Origin: an uncultured Verrucomicrobiae bacterium
GTDB taxonomy: Bacteria > Verrucomicrobiota > Verrucomicrobiia > Chthoniobacterales > JAFAMB01
NCBI GenBank assembly: GCA_963837955.1
Contig: CAWIPH010000002.1
Span: 4,832,001-4,896,000, forward strand
Length of the DNA: 64,000 bases
Reading direction: 5' to 3'
The translations under genes were made by a program, and so were the position numbers. How positions within the stretch are numbered: position 1 is the stretch's first letter; every line of letters begins with the position of its first letter. The notes below the pieces were generated by a model. That model had not been told where the DNA came from and did not search any database. It saw only the letters and a list, made by a program, of their open reading frames with translations. Below are positions 9,294 to 19,138 of this stretch, in pieces.

Positions 9294-9413
9294 CGGTTTG
9301 CTCGCTTTTATGCTTACGTGCGCGGATTCACAATCGCAGACCAAAATTTTTTGATAAATTCTTAAACGAAAGCACGCAGAGCATCCCGAGCGGCAACGGA
9401 GTTCGAGTCTCGC

Positions 9414-10094
9414 TCATGCGCTGATTCTCGCAGTCAAGGGCACGTTATGACCTGGTTTCTTCGCCCGTTTTATTCGCGCCGTTCCATTCGCCTTCCTGGC
9501 GCGAGACGGATTTGCCTTTTCGGTATTTTTCCCGGAATGACGCTTGGGTAGCTCGCATACCACCGTATCTGCTTCGATAGTTCGTTTATTAATTCTTATC
9601 TGTTTCGATTGCGGAGTCTCGCGCCGATTGGGTGAGTTTTGCCTCGAAATCCGCGCCACCCGTTTTCCTTTAGCTGTTCCTTTCGGACTATCGAGTATTT
9701 CCGCCACAGGGGTCTCCACCGGAATTTGCAGATCCGCTGTTTGAGTTTCAGCGAACGGACCCGGCAAAGACTGCTTCAAAGAAGGATCGATTTTACCGCG
9801 AGGATGCAGGGCCTTCAAAATCGTTTCTGTTGTTCTCTTTAGCGTTGCAAGGACGGCATTTGTGAGGGCACGAAGAGCGTGGGCCACCGATCTACAGGCG
9901 GTCGGAATCAACCCTAGGGAAACAGGGCCCCGTTGGTTGTGGTCGCGGCAAGTTTCGCCGCGAATCGAACGCGAGAAATCGTGGTCACTAAATCCCCTGG
10001 AATGATTCATGGCGGCCCGCCAAACCAGACGAAGACAGGCAGCGGCGACGAGACCCAGCCAAAGTGATAAAGCAACACTCGCAAAGGAAAGCAT
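9414..10094 (-). CDS. Hypothetical membrane-anchored protein with basic tail
   Basis: N-terminal TM, K/R-rich C-terminus; no recognised family. Confidence 0.45.
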   Translation of the reverse strand: MLSFASVALSLWLGLVAAACLRLVWRAAMNHSRGFSDHDFSRSIRGETCRDHNQRGPVSLGLIPTACRSVAHALRALTNAVLATLKRTTETILKALHPRGKIDPSLKQSLPGPFAETQTADLQIPVETPVAEILDSPKGTAKGKRVARISRQNSPNRRETPQSKQIRINKRTIEADTVVCELPKRHSGKNTEKANPSRARKANGTARIKRAKKPGHNVPLTARISA

Positions 10095-10172
10095 CGTTAT
10101 TTATCGCTTCTAACCGAATTATTAGCAACGCACAACAAAAATGTTTTAGTTTGCGGTTTTTGAAAGCTTTTC

Positions 10173-10215
10173 AATGGGACTTATAGGTCACATGGGACCC
10201 ATGAGTCGTCCCAAT
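10173..10215. repeat. REP-like imperfect palindrome (ATGGGAC units)
   Basis: aatgggacttataggtcacatgggacccatgagtcgtcccaatt just past the GT2 stop. Confidence 0.5.
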
Positions 10216-10224
10216 TCCTTAGCT

Positions 10225-11430
10225 TTAGCCCGTCTGCGGTTTCTCTTGCTGGTCGGTCACTTGGTAGAGCCGCCCTTTCCAGGTGACTCCTTTGCCCAGA
10301 GACCGACGCAGACTATTCAAGGCGATCGCGAAAGCGAGCAGGTAGCCGAACGGATGAAACAGCACACTAATCCAGGAGGTGCGGTAACGGAGCGTGATTA
10401 AAATGCGGAGCAATAGGATCAAACCAAGCAAAAGCCAGAGCTCCCAACCAGCGACCCAGGGCGCTAGAAAAAATGGTAAGGCGAAGACGACGACCTGGCC
10501 GAGGACTAAACTCGTGAACCCGACAAAATCACTCTCGAATAACGGCCAAAGGTTTTTGGTAAAACCTTCCCAAAGATCGGGGAATGAGCGGTACATCCGG
10601 CATTTGACGAGGCCAATGCCATCACAACTAACGAGGCGCAGCCCTTCATCGGTGCGAGCAGCGACGGCCCGGGCCAAGGCTACGTCTTCCACCAGATGAT
10701 TTTTAGCCGCAGCGGCATGGCCACCGATTCGTTGATAGGTTTCTCGGCGAATGCAGATGAACTGTCCATTGGCGGTGCCAATGGTCCGGAGCCACTTCGG
10801 TCCCATCCATCTGGCTAAACCAGAGTGCCATTGGGCCCATGATAATAACCAGTGGGGCAGGCAACCGGCGGCAGCGACGAACAGGAACGGGATCATCAAT
10901 TTCTCACCAAATGTACGTGTAATTTGGTAAGGCCAAGCGGTTAACAGATCCGAACGTTCCTGCAGCGCGGCAGTAACGACGGCCGAAATCATGCCGGAAT
11001 GATGAACGGTGTCCGCATCGGTAAACAGCAAATATTCGCCGCGCGCAACCTGGGAAAGCTGATGGCAAGCCCACGATTTGCCGGTCCAATTTGCCGGCAA
11101 GGGACGACCGGAGATCAGTCTAAATTGAGCGCCTGGTTCGACCGAGAATCCGAGCTGTTGCACCAGATCGGGAGTGCCATCATCGGATTGATCGTCCAGA
11201 ACGATGCATTCGAAATCGGGATAATCCTGGGCGAGCAACGACCGGAGACAGGGCCTAATGCGTTCGACTTCATTCCGAGCCGGCACCAGTACAGAAACCT
11301 GCGGGCACTTTTCCGGAATGGGTCCGGCCCGAAGCCGCGGCAGAACTCGCAGATTGGCGACGAACTGAACCAAGACCAAAACAACAATTCCGATTGATCC
11401 CCAGAGCCAAAGATGAATGAGCCAAGGCAT
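10225..11430 (-). CDS. Family 2 glycosyltransferase (CrtQ/HpnB-like, membrane)
   Basis: PARNE, DDQSDD, WTGKSWAC, FTDAD, ANGQF, EDVAL, CRMY, VTWKGR motifs. Confidence 0.9.
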   Translation of the reverse strand: MPWLIHLWLWGSIGIVVLVLVQFVANLRVLPRLRAGPIPEKCPQVSVLVPARNEVERIRPCLRSLLAQDYPDFECIVLDDQSDDGTPDLVQQLGFSVEPGAQFRLISGRPLPANWTGKSWACHQLSQVARGEYLLFTDADTVHHSGMISAVVTAALQERSDLLTAWPYQITRTFGEKLMIPFLFVAAAGCLPHWLLSWAQWHSGLARWMGPKWLRTIGTANGQFICIRRETYQRIGGHAAAAKNHLVEDVALARAVAARTDEGLRLVSCDGIGLVKCRMYRSFPDLWEGFTKNLWPLFESDFVGFTSLVLGQVVVFALPFFLAPWVAGWELWLLLGLILLLRILITLRYRTSWISVLFHPFGYLLAFAIALNSLRRSLGKGVTWKGRLYQVTDQQEKPQTG

Positions 11431-11558
11431 TATCGAAAAAGTTGTGGCATCCCGGTCATGGCGATGACGTTACCGCCGATTTCGGCGAGCGGCGAATCGT
11501 GAACGAGGGCCGCTTCTATCTGAATGGATGCAAGCCGAGCGAGCAACGTGAAAACAGT

Positions 11559-12032
11559 TCAGCGGGAGAGCAACTCCGCGATGGTCTCCCGGACAAAATC
11601 GTATCCGTCATCCCACTCGGTCGCACGCGGTCCGGCTACATTCAGCACTTCGATCCGATGCTCTTCGCAGAAACCGTTGATCCGGTCGGCTGCGGTTTCC
11701 GGCAGACAGAGTTCCGCATCAATCAGAAGATAGGGCCGCTGCAAAAAGAGGCAGGTCTCCAAGGTCTTCTCGGTCCCACCAGATAATGACTCGAAATAGA
11801 AAATCACGGTACCGTCGGATTCCGCCACGTTCATCAAAGTGCGTTCCAGAGGACCGCCCCGATCCAGTTCCCGAAGCGGGTAGAGCGCCGGTATGATTCC
11901 ATCCTCGGCCAAGCGCCCAGCCGGACAATAACCGCCAACGGGGAAGCCGGCGGCTAAGGCCGCATCCAAAGCTCCTCGGTCAACGCCGGTTTGGCCTCCA
12001 GAAATGATTCGGATGAGAGTGGGTTTTTCCAT
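11559..12032 (-). CDS. Circularly permuted YpsA SLOG / putative molybdenum carrier protein
   Basis: IISGGQTGVDRGALDAA, RT..NV..SDGT, LNVAGPR. Confidence 0.85.
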   Translation of the reverse strand: MEKPTLIRIISGGQTGVDRGALDAALAAGFPVGGYCPAGRLAEDGIIPALYPLRELDRGGPLERTLMNVAESDGTVIFYFESLSGGTEKTLETCLFLQRPYLLIDAELCLPETAADRINGFCEEHRIEVLNVAGPRATEWDDGYDFVRETIAELLSR

Positions 12033-12086
12033 TAAACAGCGCGATCACCTTGAGCAAGCTCGAACCGGATGGCATAAAGAGCGGCA

Positions 12087-12605
12087 ATGCACAGGCTTCT
12101 TTCCTTGGCGGCGGTCGCAGCTCTGCTTCTGGCGGGTTGCTCGGAGATCGAAAACACTGTCTACGATATACGCGGGCTGCCTCCCGGAAAAGCCGCGATC
12201 GTGATCGATCTGGCTGACCAGCATGCTTACTTATATTCCGGACAGGAAATGGTCTTATCCGCGGCGATTTCCTCCGGGCGAGAAGGGCATAATACCGCGG
12301 CGGGAAAATATCGGATTATCGAGAAGGACATCAATCACCGGTCAAGCGTCTACGGCGCATACGAAGAGAACGGCTTGGTGGTGAAAGCCGACGTGAATGC
12401 ACTGAAAGATCCGAAACCGCCCGGGAGCTATTTCGTGGGTGCGCCGATGCCTTATTTTCTCCGGATCTACGACGGAGTCGGCATGCACGAAGGCTATCTT
12501 CCCGGGTACCCGGCATCACACGGCTGTATTCGGATGCCGGGATCGAAAGCGAAACGCTTCTTCGCCGCGGTTAAAGTCGGCACGCCGGTTATCGTGCGGA
12601 GATAG
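12087..12605 (+). CDS. L,D-transpeptidase (YkuD) lipoprotein
   Basis: Lipobox LAGC; 'GMHEGYLPGYPASHGCIRM' catalytic His/Cys. Confidence 0.92.
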   Translation: MHRLLSLAAVAALLLAGCSEIENTVYDIRGLPPGKAAIVIDLADQHAYLYSGQEMVLSAAISSGREGHNTAAGKYRIIEKDINHRSSVYGAYEENGLVVKADVNALKDPKPPGSYFVGAPMPYFLRIYDGVGMHEGYLPGYPASHGCIRMPGSKAKRFFAAVKVGTPVIVRR

Positions 12606-12619
12606 CCGCGAGTAAGCGG

Positions 12620-13210
12620 TTATCGCTTCTCTTTGACGGTCGGCGCCGGGCTGGAAACGTCGATGTTCGTTCTGATCCAGGATTTCAGCAATTCCTGCTC
12701 GAAATAGAACTCGTTGTATTTGAGCTGGATATCCTCAATCGTGAGGTTTGGGCTAAAACCCACATACGATGCAGAGGTCGCCGCGCTCGACCCGTGCATC
12801 AGCACGCGGCCTTTGGCGTCGGTCAACGTGTAGCTGAAATAGAGCCTTACCGGGTCCCGGCCGTTCCCGTTGTAGAAACGGATCTGCCGAAAATTGGGGC
12901 CCAGCCGCGGTTCATACCGCCCGCCCAGATCGATATCGGTGAACTGAAAGGTCAGCGTGCAACCAGGCGCTACTTTGGCCAGCGCGGGCCCTAGCTTGGA
13001 AGGCATTTCGCCGGCAAATCTTGCGGCTGTCTCTCGCTCACTCCGATCTTGAACCACAAAATCAGTAAAATATCCAATCGACGTGCCGCTAAATTTCTCC
13101 GGGTGAGCGTAGGTAATAACTACATTAGCCGGGGATGCAGCCAAGGCGGAAGTGGCCGCTGCGGCTGCCAGCAGCAAAGCGAAGGGTTGCCACAGGTAAT
13201 TCTTTTTCAT
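12620..13210 (-). CDS. DUF3016-like exported protein
   Basis: Signal peptide; 'HPEKF', 'FTDIDLGGRYEP', 'YTLTDAKG', 'EQELLKSW'. Confidence 0.7.
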   Translation of the reverse strand: MKKNYLWQPFALLLAAAAATSALAASPANVVITYAHPEKFSGTSIGYFTDFVVQDRSERETAARFAGEMPSKLGPALAKVAPGCTLTFQFTDIDLGGRYEPRLGPNFRQIRFYNGNGRDPVRLYFSYTLTDAKGRVLMHGSSAATSASYVGFSPNLTIEDIQLKYNEFYFEQELLKSWIRTNIDVSSPAPTVKEKR

Positions 13211-13347
13211 AACCTATTGATCCTAGTTTACCAGTCTACAGCAATAGACCGATTTCGCATTTGATTTATTCCCGGGTTCCTGATTTCCGGGACGCGGAAA
13301 CCCGTTGCAAACCATGGTGGTGTAGGATACCGAAACAGTCCGGCTTT

Positions 13348-14910
13348 ATGTATCCGAAAACGGTCAGTATCTACGACACCACCCTGCGGGACGGTACGCA
13401 GGCGGAAGGCATCTCTTTCAGCGTGCAAGATAAAATCCGGATCGCGGAAAAACTCGATGCTTTCGGGATTCATTACATTGAAGGGGGTTGGCCGGGCTCT
13501 AATCCAAAGGACATTGAGTTTTTTGCTGAGGCTAAGAAACGGCGCTGGAAGAACGCGAAGCTGTGCGCTTTCGGGAGTACTTGCCGGGCAAACCTTCGGC
13601 CGGAGGAAGACTCGCAGGTGGCACTGCTCATCGAAGCAGAAACACCGGTCGTAACCATCGTCGGGAAGAGCTGGCGCTTTCATGTCGAGGAAATTTTGGG
13701 CGCGAAAGTGGAAGAAAACTTCCGCATGATTCGCGAGACGGTGGCCTATCTGAAGTCCCGCGGAAAAGAGGTCATCTTCGACGCCGAGCATTTTTTCGAC
13801 GGTTACAAGGATGAACCGGCTCACGCGCTGCAATCGATCCAGGCAGCTGCCGAAAGTGGCGCCGATCTGGTTGTGCTCTGCGATACGAATGGAGGAACCC
13901 TTACGCACGAGGTCGAAACGATTACGCGCTCCGTGGTCCAGGCAATGACTGTCCCGGTCGGTATTCACACACACAATGACTGTGAACTAGGCGTGGCTAA
14001 TGCCTTGGCCGGGTTACAGGCTGGCGCCGTCCAGGTGCAAGGGACGATCAACGGATACGGCGAACGGACCGGTAACTGCAACCTGACGAGCGTGATCCCG
14101 ATCGTGCAACTGAAGCTCGGTATCGAGGTTGTGCCGGATCTGCGAAAGCTCCGAGAATTGTCGTTGTTCGTGGATGACCTGGCTAACTGCCAACATAATA
14201 TTCGAGCCCCTTTCGTTGGTTCCACCTCGTTCACGCACAAGGGAGGTTTGCACGCACATGCCGTGACCAAGCTGGCCAAAAGCTACGAACACATTTCCCC
14301 TGAATCGGTCGGTAACTTTCAGCATATCGTCGTTTCCGAACTCTCCGGGCAGAGCAATGTAATCGCTAAAGCTCGGGAGCTGGGCTTTGCGTTGGAGAAA
14401 GGTTCGCCCGCGGTGGCGGCGATCTTGCGGGAGGTCAAACGACTCGAACATCTCGGCTACGAATTTGAGGCGGCCGAGGGATCCTTCGAATTGTTGATCC
14501 GCAGAATATTGGTTAATCCGGAACCACTTTGGGAGCTGCTGGAGTATCACTGCACCTACATCCGATCGGTCCGTAACCGGTACGAGACCTGCGAGGCGAC
14601 CGTTAAATTGCGCGTAGGCAAAGAGAACTATTACATGGTGGCAGAAGGAGATGGCCCGGTGAACGCTCTGGACGCCGCGTTGCGCAAGGCGTTGACGCCG
14701 GTTTATCCGATGATTCAAACGATCACCCTCGATGATTACAAGGTGCGGATTATCGGTTCACATGTCGGAACTGAGGCGCGCACGCGGGTATTGGTAGATT
14801 CAACTGATCATCACGAAAACTGGTGCACCGTTGGAGTGTCAGACAACATTATCGAAGCGAGCTGGCTGGCATTGGTTGATAGCTACGAATATAAGTTGCG
14901 GCGCTCTTAA
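13348..14910 (+). CDS. cimA: Citramalate synthase
   Basis: YDTTLRDGTQAEG, EGGWPGSNPKD, HTHND, GYGERTGN, HKGGLH, C-terminal regulatory domain. Confidence 0.93.
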   Translation: MYPKTVSIYDTTLRDGTQAEGISFSVQDKIRIAEKLDAFGIHYIEGGWPGSNPKDIEFFAEAKKRRWKNAKLCAFGSTCRANLRPEEDSQVALLIEAETPVVTIVGKSWRFHVEEILGAKVEENFRMIRETVAYLKSRGKEVIFDAEHFFDGYKDEPAHALQSIQAAAESGADLVVLCDTNGGTLTHEVETITRSVVQAMTVPVGIHTHNDCELGVANALAGLQAGAVQVQGTINGYGERTGNCNLTSVIPIVQLKLGIEVVPDLRKLRELSLFVDDLANCQHNIRAPFVGSTSFTHKGGLHAHAVTKLAKSYEHISPESVGNFQHIVVSELSGQSNVIAKARELGFALEKGSPAVAAILREVKRLEHLGYEFEAAEGSFELLIRRILVNPEPLWELLEYHCTYIRSVRNRYETCEATVKLRVGKENYYMVAEGDGPVNALDAALRKALTPVYPMIQTITLDDYKVRIIGSHVGTEARTRVLVDSTDHHENWCTVGVSDNIIEASWLALVDSYEYKLRRS

Positions 14911-14964
14911 TCTCTTAACCTCCAGGCCGGCGATTCCGTCTTTATTGTCCTGACAATACCCTTT

Positions 14965-15771
14965 ATGGCGTCGCTTACCTTTCTCGGCACCGCGCCCGGA
15001 TACCCGGCTGCCAACAAAAATCATACTGGTTTATTGTTGGAGACAGGTACGAAGAAGGTCTTAATTGATGCGGGCGAGCCAAGCAGCCGGACCTTGCTGG
15101 AGATCGGGGTCGACCCGGCCGATCTCGATGCGATCGTGATAACCCACGGTCATTCGGATCACACTGGCGGTTTGCCGATGGTTATCCAAGCGGCCTGGAT
15201 CGTCGGTCGAAAAGCACCGCTGCCGATCACTTTACCGGCGGAGCTGATCGATCCCCTGAGGAATTGGCTGGACGCCTCGTATATCGGCCCGAACTTTCTG
15301 CCATTCGAAATCCATTTCCATGCCTGGGAAAACGCGCCAGTCCATCAGGTTGCGGGCTGCGAGATCACGCCAACACCAACCACCCATCTCCAATCACTGG
15401 TAGACCGGTTTGGGAACGGACGATTTCACGCGTTTAGTTTCGCGGTCCGGCATCCGAACTTTGAGTTTGTTTTTTCCGGGGATCTCGGAGCGCCGAACGA
15501 TCTGGCTAGACCGCTCAAAACCGGAACTGATCTATTGGTATGCGAGATCGCGCATTTCGAGCCTAAAGCACTGTTCGAATTTCTTTCGACGCGAAAGGTT
15601 ACGCGCTTGGTTTTGACTCACGCGTCGGCAGAGGTCGCGGCGGAGATTGGGACGGTGCTAGCCGCTGCGCGGAAAGCGCTCCACCACACGGAAGTCTTAT
15701 ATGCGACCGATAAGATGCGGTTGGAATTGCGGCGCTGCGGCGAGTTGCCCGATCGCAAGACGGTTGAATGA
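14965..15771 (+). CDS. MBL-fold hydrolase (RNase Z-like)
   Basis: LTFLGT, LIDAGE, THGHSDH, FSGD, LTH. Confidence 0.85.
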   Translation: MASLTFLGTAPGYPAANKNHTGLLLETGTKKVLIDAGEPSSRTLLEIGVDPADLDAIVITHGHSDHTGGLPMVIQAAWIVGRKAPLPITLPAELIDPLRNWLDASYIGPNFLPFEIHFHAWENAPVHQVAGCEITPTPTTHLQSLVDRFGNGRFHAFSFAVRHPNFEFVFSGDLGAPNDLARPLKTGTDLLVCEIAHFEPKALFEFLSTRKVTRLVLTHASAEVAAEIGTVLAAARKALHHTEVLYATDKMRLELRRCGELPDRKTVE

Positions 15772-15800
15772 ACCGCGAATCGGCACTCATTGGCGCGAAT
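15771..15800. repeat. REP-like (CGCGAAT-unit) repeat, copy 1
   Basis: aaccgcgaatcggcactcattggcgcgaat; 25/30 identical to 16291-16320. Confidence 0.7.
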
Positions 15801-15915
15801 TCAGGAGACGGAGTGCTTTTCGTCTAGCATTGCCAGATCGCCTGGAAATACTGAGGTCCCGCGGGAGGATCGGTAACTAAGGTACGGTTACCTCCAGGTC
15901 GCCCGGCCGAGCAAA

Positions 15916-16194
15916 TCATTTCGCGGGCTTGACGTGTTCAGCTACGCGCCCGAGCCGAAGTTCCCGTTCTTCTCGAACCCCGGTTCTCGGCTCAGGGTAG
16001 AACCCGGTGAGCACGACTCGACGGCCCTTTCGAACGAGCTTGAGGTCCGCATCGTCGGCCAGCGGACGCAATTCGATGCGATCGGCGACGACGGTCAGTT
16101 CGAGCCGGGAACGTGCCCGCAGTTGAAGTCGTTCTCGCACTTCTTTGGGCAACACAAGGCGACCGAGCCGATCCATTGTGACGGTTTTCCGCAT
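15916..16194 (-). CDS. AbrB/MazE/SpoVT-family antitoxin (orphan)
   Basis: MRKTVTMDRLGRLVLPKEVRERLQL...LELTVVADRIELRP. Confidence 0.85.
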   Translation of the reverse strand: MRKTVTMDRLGRLVLPKEVRERLQLRARSRLELTVVADRIELRPLADDADLKLVRKGRRVVLTGFYPEPRTGVREERELRLGRVAEHVKPAK

Positions 16195-16285
16195 AGTGAA
16201 ACTGTTACCGGTCTCCTTGCCGGCACGCAAGCTAACAGGTGCCTATTCAGGCACCTCACACAAGCCAACCGCACTGTTTTAGTGT

Positions 16286-16354
16286 TTAGGAACCGCGAAC
16301 GGACACTAATTGACGCGAATGGACCGAGACCGAGGTGTCAACCAGGACGGGCAT
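16286..16354 (-). pseudogene. vapC: Truncated VapC/PIN toxin remnant
   Basis: 8 nt after the vapB stop: MPVLVDTSVSV (PIN N-terminus, typically xLVDTSVW), then the frame runs into the REP-like repeat and stops at 22 aa. Confidence 0.75.
16291..16320. repeat. REP-like (CGCGAAT-unit) repeat, copy 2
   Basis: aaccgcgaacggacactaattgacgcgaat. Confidence 0.7.
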
Positions 16355-16362
16355 CACGAGTT

Positions 16363-16557
16363 TTATTTGGAGCTTCGCCGCCTGCGAACTGCTTTCGCTC
16401 TTGGTGCGGAACCGCCAAGCATCGCGAGGCGGAGTGCTGCCTCACGCTGGATGAGCGCTTCCAATCCCAGATGAATTAACCGGGTCTTCTCACTGATTCC
16501 GGTACAGCTTTGGGCTTTCGCCACGAGCTCTTCATCCAGGTTAAGCGTGGTCCGCAT
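16363..16557 (-). CDS. vapB: VapB-family RHH antitoxin
   Basis: MRTTLNLDEELVAKAQ..TGISEKT.LI..GLEALIQREAA.RLA.LGGSAP...RRRR. Confidence 0.88.
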   Translation of the reverse strand: MRTTLNLDEELVAKAQSCTGISEKTRLIHLGLEALIQREAALRLAMLGGSAPRAKAVRRRRSSK

Positions 16558-16586
16558 ACGGACATATATGCATTTCTGGTATGCAC
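16554..16586. promoter_or_regulatory. Putative vapBC autoregulatory operator
   Basis: Nested palindromes GCATAC...GTATGC, CATATATG and TGCAT-N7-ATGCA at/upstream of the vapB start. Confidence 0.4.
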
Positions 16587-16589
16587 CAA

Positions 16590-17228
16590 TCAAGACGGAC
16601 TTTGTGAGCAGGAGCTCAAAGGCAAGGAAGCTGCATCAGAGTCTTCGGCAGCGTAGGAACTATCTTGTCTTGCGAAACATAGTTCCTTTTGCTCTAACCG
16701 CAGTGCCGAATCCGTCTTCGCCGCTATTCTCAGCGACCCTTGAATCGTTAGTTCGAACGATTGCCATTTCACACAAAGGTAAGGCGAGCGGGTCAACCGG
16801 CCGGATTCCACCGCCTTTATGTGGTACTCGTAAATTCCCATCTCCTCGCCCGAAAAAACGCCGACCGGATTAAGGAACTCCAATAAGTCCCACATCTCGA
16901 ATAGGATTCTTTCAGAATCAGTTGGCGGGTTTAGCGAAACACTCACGCATCGGTATTCTCCCCTTTCGTAAGCCGCCGCGGCTCCGCCGGTGGTTGTAGA
17001 ACCATAGAAGAAGATCAATTCGTCTGCTCGGCGACGAGGTTCCGCCGGTAGCGTATCGTTCTTCAGCGGAATGTTCTTCGCTGACCTGCTTTTGAAATTT
17101 TGAATCGACATGACTTCGACTCCCTTCAGTAATTTTTCCAGCAGCGGCCAAAGAATTTGTAGAACTTGCCAAGTCGACGATCCGCTCTGGCCGTCTACCA
17201 CCGCTACATGATTGATCTTTGCGGGCAT
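16590..17228 (-). CDS. Hypothetical protein (possibly immunity-like, 3' end possibly frameshifted)
   Basis: 212-aa ORF in the accessory island; no family recognised. Confidence 0.4.
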   Translation of the reverse strand: MPAKINHVAVVDGQSGSSTWQVLQILWPLLEKLLKGVEVMSIQNFKSRSAKNIPLKNDTLPAEPRRRADELIFFYGSTTTGGAAAAYERGEYRCVSVSLNPPTDSERILFEMWDLLEFLNPVGVFSGEEMGIYEYHIKAVESGRLTRSPYLCVKWQSFELTIQGSLRIAAKTDSALRLEQKELCFARQDSSYAAEDSDAASLPLSSCSQSPS

Positions 17229-17486
17229 AGGCTTGATCCATCGAATATGCCTCCTGAAGTTTCCCTCAGAAATCTCATCGCAGCGAGGCTAAAAGATCCC
17301 AATCATCCAGCGACACCGAACCTTGATGAAGTCGATTTGGTCGAGATTGCTTATGGATTAGCCGTTGCGCAATTTGTAAGGGTTGCGATCGCAGGATCGG
17401 TCAAGCCCAACGTATCTGTGCCAGTACTCGGCTTATTAGCAACGCACCGGCAGTGCCAGAGCCGCCAAGATTTTGTTCGTCTTCGC

Positions 17487-18135
17487 CTATTTCCAGACGA
17501 ACTCAGGGTGCTTCAATCGACCAAGACTTCCAGCCTTGAAAAAGCACTCTTCGCCAAGGAACCCCTTGATTCGCATTTTGGTCTCTCCAAATGCGGAGGC
17601 ATTTCGGACATCATCCAAACCCGGCGTGAGCTGTAGCAAAACTGTTTCGTTGTTAAGCGCTTCGGCGTTGTGAAACCGGCGCAGAGAGCAGTTTTGTCTT
17701 GCCGAACATTTTCACATAAGGCGCGCCGAATACGGTTATCCAGTATATGTCGGGAATACATTGCTGAAGGAACTGACTGTAAACCGCAAAGTGGAATTTT
17801 GTAGCTCGCTTGTCCAGATTCCAAGCGTCCGGTTTTGACGCCCAAAATCTATCTCTGCTTGAGTAAACAGTGTGAGACAACCGAAATCTGCCTCCAGGTC
17901 TTTGGCAGCCGCCCGTAGAAAGCAACTTAACTTGCTAACACCTACCCCATCGAAATCGAAAGCTAGCTTCCACATGGCGTGCAACGGCCGCGTCCCCTCG
18001 GTACCCATGACGTGAAAGCTCAGTTTGTGGGATTGAAAATTCGGATTGTACCCCCAGAGGAAAACACAGCGTCTTGCAAAGGTCCAGAGATGTATTGCGT
18101 GTTGGCTCAACGGACTTAAAATCCGTTTGCCCTAC
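17487..18135 (-). pseudogene. Multiply frameshifted immunity-like gene
   Basis: Pieces in different frames join plausibly: ...DLEADFGCLTL / IPDIYWITVFGAPYVKMFGKTKLLSAP / ETVLLQLTPGL...IKGFLGEECFF...HPEFVWK*. Confidence 0.55.
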
Positions 18136-18184
18136 CAAAAGGCCAACCGCTGAACCCGAACAATTCGCGAGGCCATTTGCACTC

Positions 18185-18400
18185 TTCGAAGAAAGCATCT
18201 TCGAAGTTACCGAGGATGAAGTTGACGGGGGTACTAATGCCAACGCTCTTGGCTTTTCCATCCATACCCAACCTGATTCTCTGGAAGAGTTGCGTACCAA
18301 TGTACGCGGTGCCGCGCGCACCCCCTTTGAAAAACCGGAATTTTTCCCAAACGTCATTTGACTCCATTTCGTTCGTCAAGAAGGATCCATATCGGAATGA
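18185..18400 (+). pseudogene. HicB-like antitoxin remnant
   Basis: EESIFEVTEDEVDGG.NANALGFSIHTQPDSLEELRTNVR...PNVI*LHFVRQE; no start codon; internal TGA at 18359. Confidence 0.7.
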
Positions 18401-18668
18401 ACCCCAGATCGGCAAACCCACGGAAAATCTCTGACAAACTAAGCGTTCTGGTTCCCCGATGGTTGCTATTCGTTGCCATAGTCAATTCGTTTGAGTGCGT
18501 TAACGGGGGGCACTAGGATTTCACTCCCTGACATGTGATGCGGCGTTCGCGGAATTTCGGGGCCATAAAAATGCTCAGAGCGCTGACTCCAGGGCGATGC
18601 GCGAATATTGGTGGACTGACTTTTTCTGAACCCGAGGCGTTGACTAATTTTTTTAGAGATCGCGAGCA

Positions 18669-19138
18669 TCATCCAAGTCGCCTGCCGGTCTTTGAAATGG
18701 AGACATTGCTTGGATCGGGGAGGCTTGGAAATTGATTCCGCAAGGCGCGATACACATCGCGCGTTACCGCAAATTCAAGCTGATCTGCATCAACCCGATG
18801 AGGAATAGCTATGATGTTGATTGTCAGATGGGAACTCCCGGCCGCGGCGATCCAAAGAAACTGACAATTCCAGTCACCTCGCCTCGCCTCAGGCGAACGA
18901 TAAACAATTTGTAGCGTCCTCCCAGGTCTTCTCGTTTTGCAACTATTGACACACCCTGCAGGTGTTCGAGGACCCTTACAGTTTCAGAGAAATCCATCTC
19001 GCCGATCGGAACAACGCAAGTCGACGGATGCGGGCCGTAGAATTCGCTGAAGCAGCTCGTGAGGAACGTGGCCAGCACAAGAACTAGGATGTGCCGGAAA
19101 TTGATGTATTTCAGTGCTCGGACAACGAACAGTTTCAC
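18669..19138 (-). pseudogene. Frameshifted lipoprotein, paralogue of 19314..19865
   Basis: Same leader/lipobox (FLTSC-FSEFYGP); after a shift near 18830 it continues HLTINII...AVTRDVYRALRNQFPSLPDPSNV...*. Confidence 0.75.

Noticed and set aside
13228..14718. Long antisense ORFs (248 aa, 234 aa) over cimA
   Set aside because: Antisense shadows typical of GC-rich coding DNA.
17166..17636. 156-aa plus-strand ORF
   Set aside because: No motif; antisense to better-supported minus-strand genes and remnants.
18397..18520. Possible hicA after the HicB remnant
   Set aside because: ATGA overlap exists, but the translation (MNPRSANPRK...) lacks recognisable HicA features.
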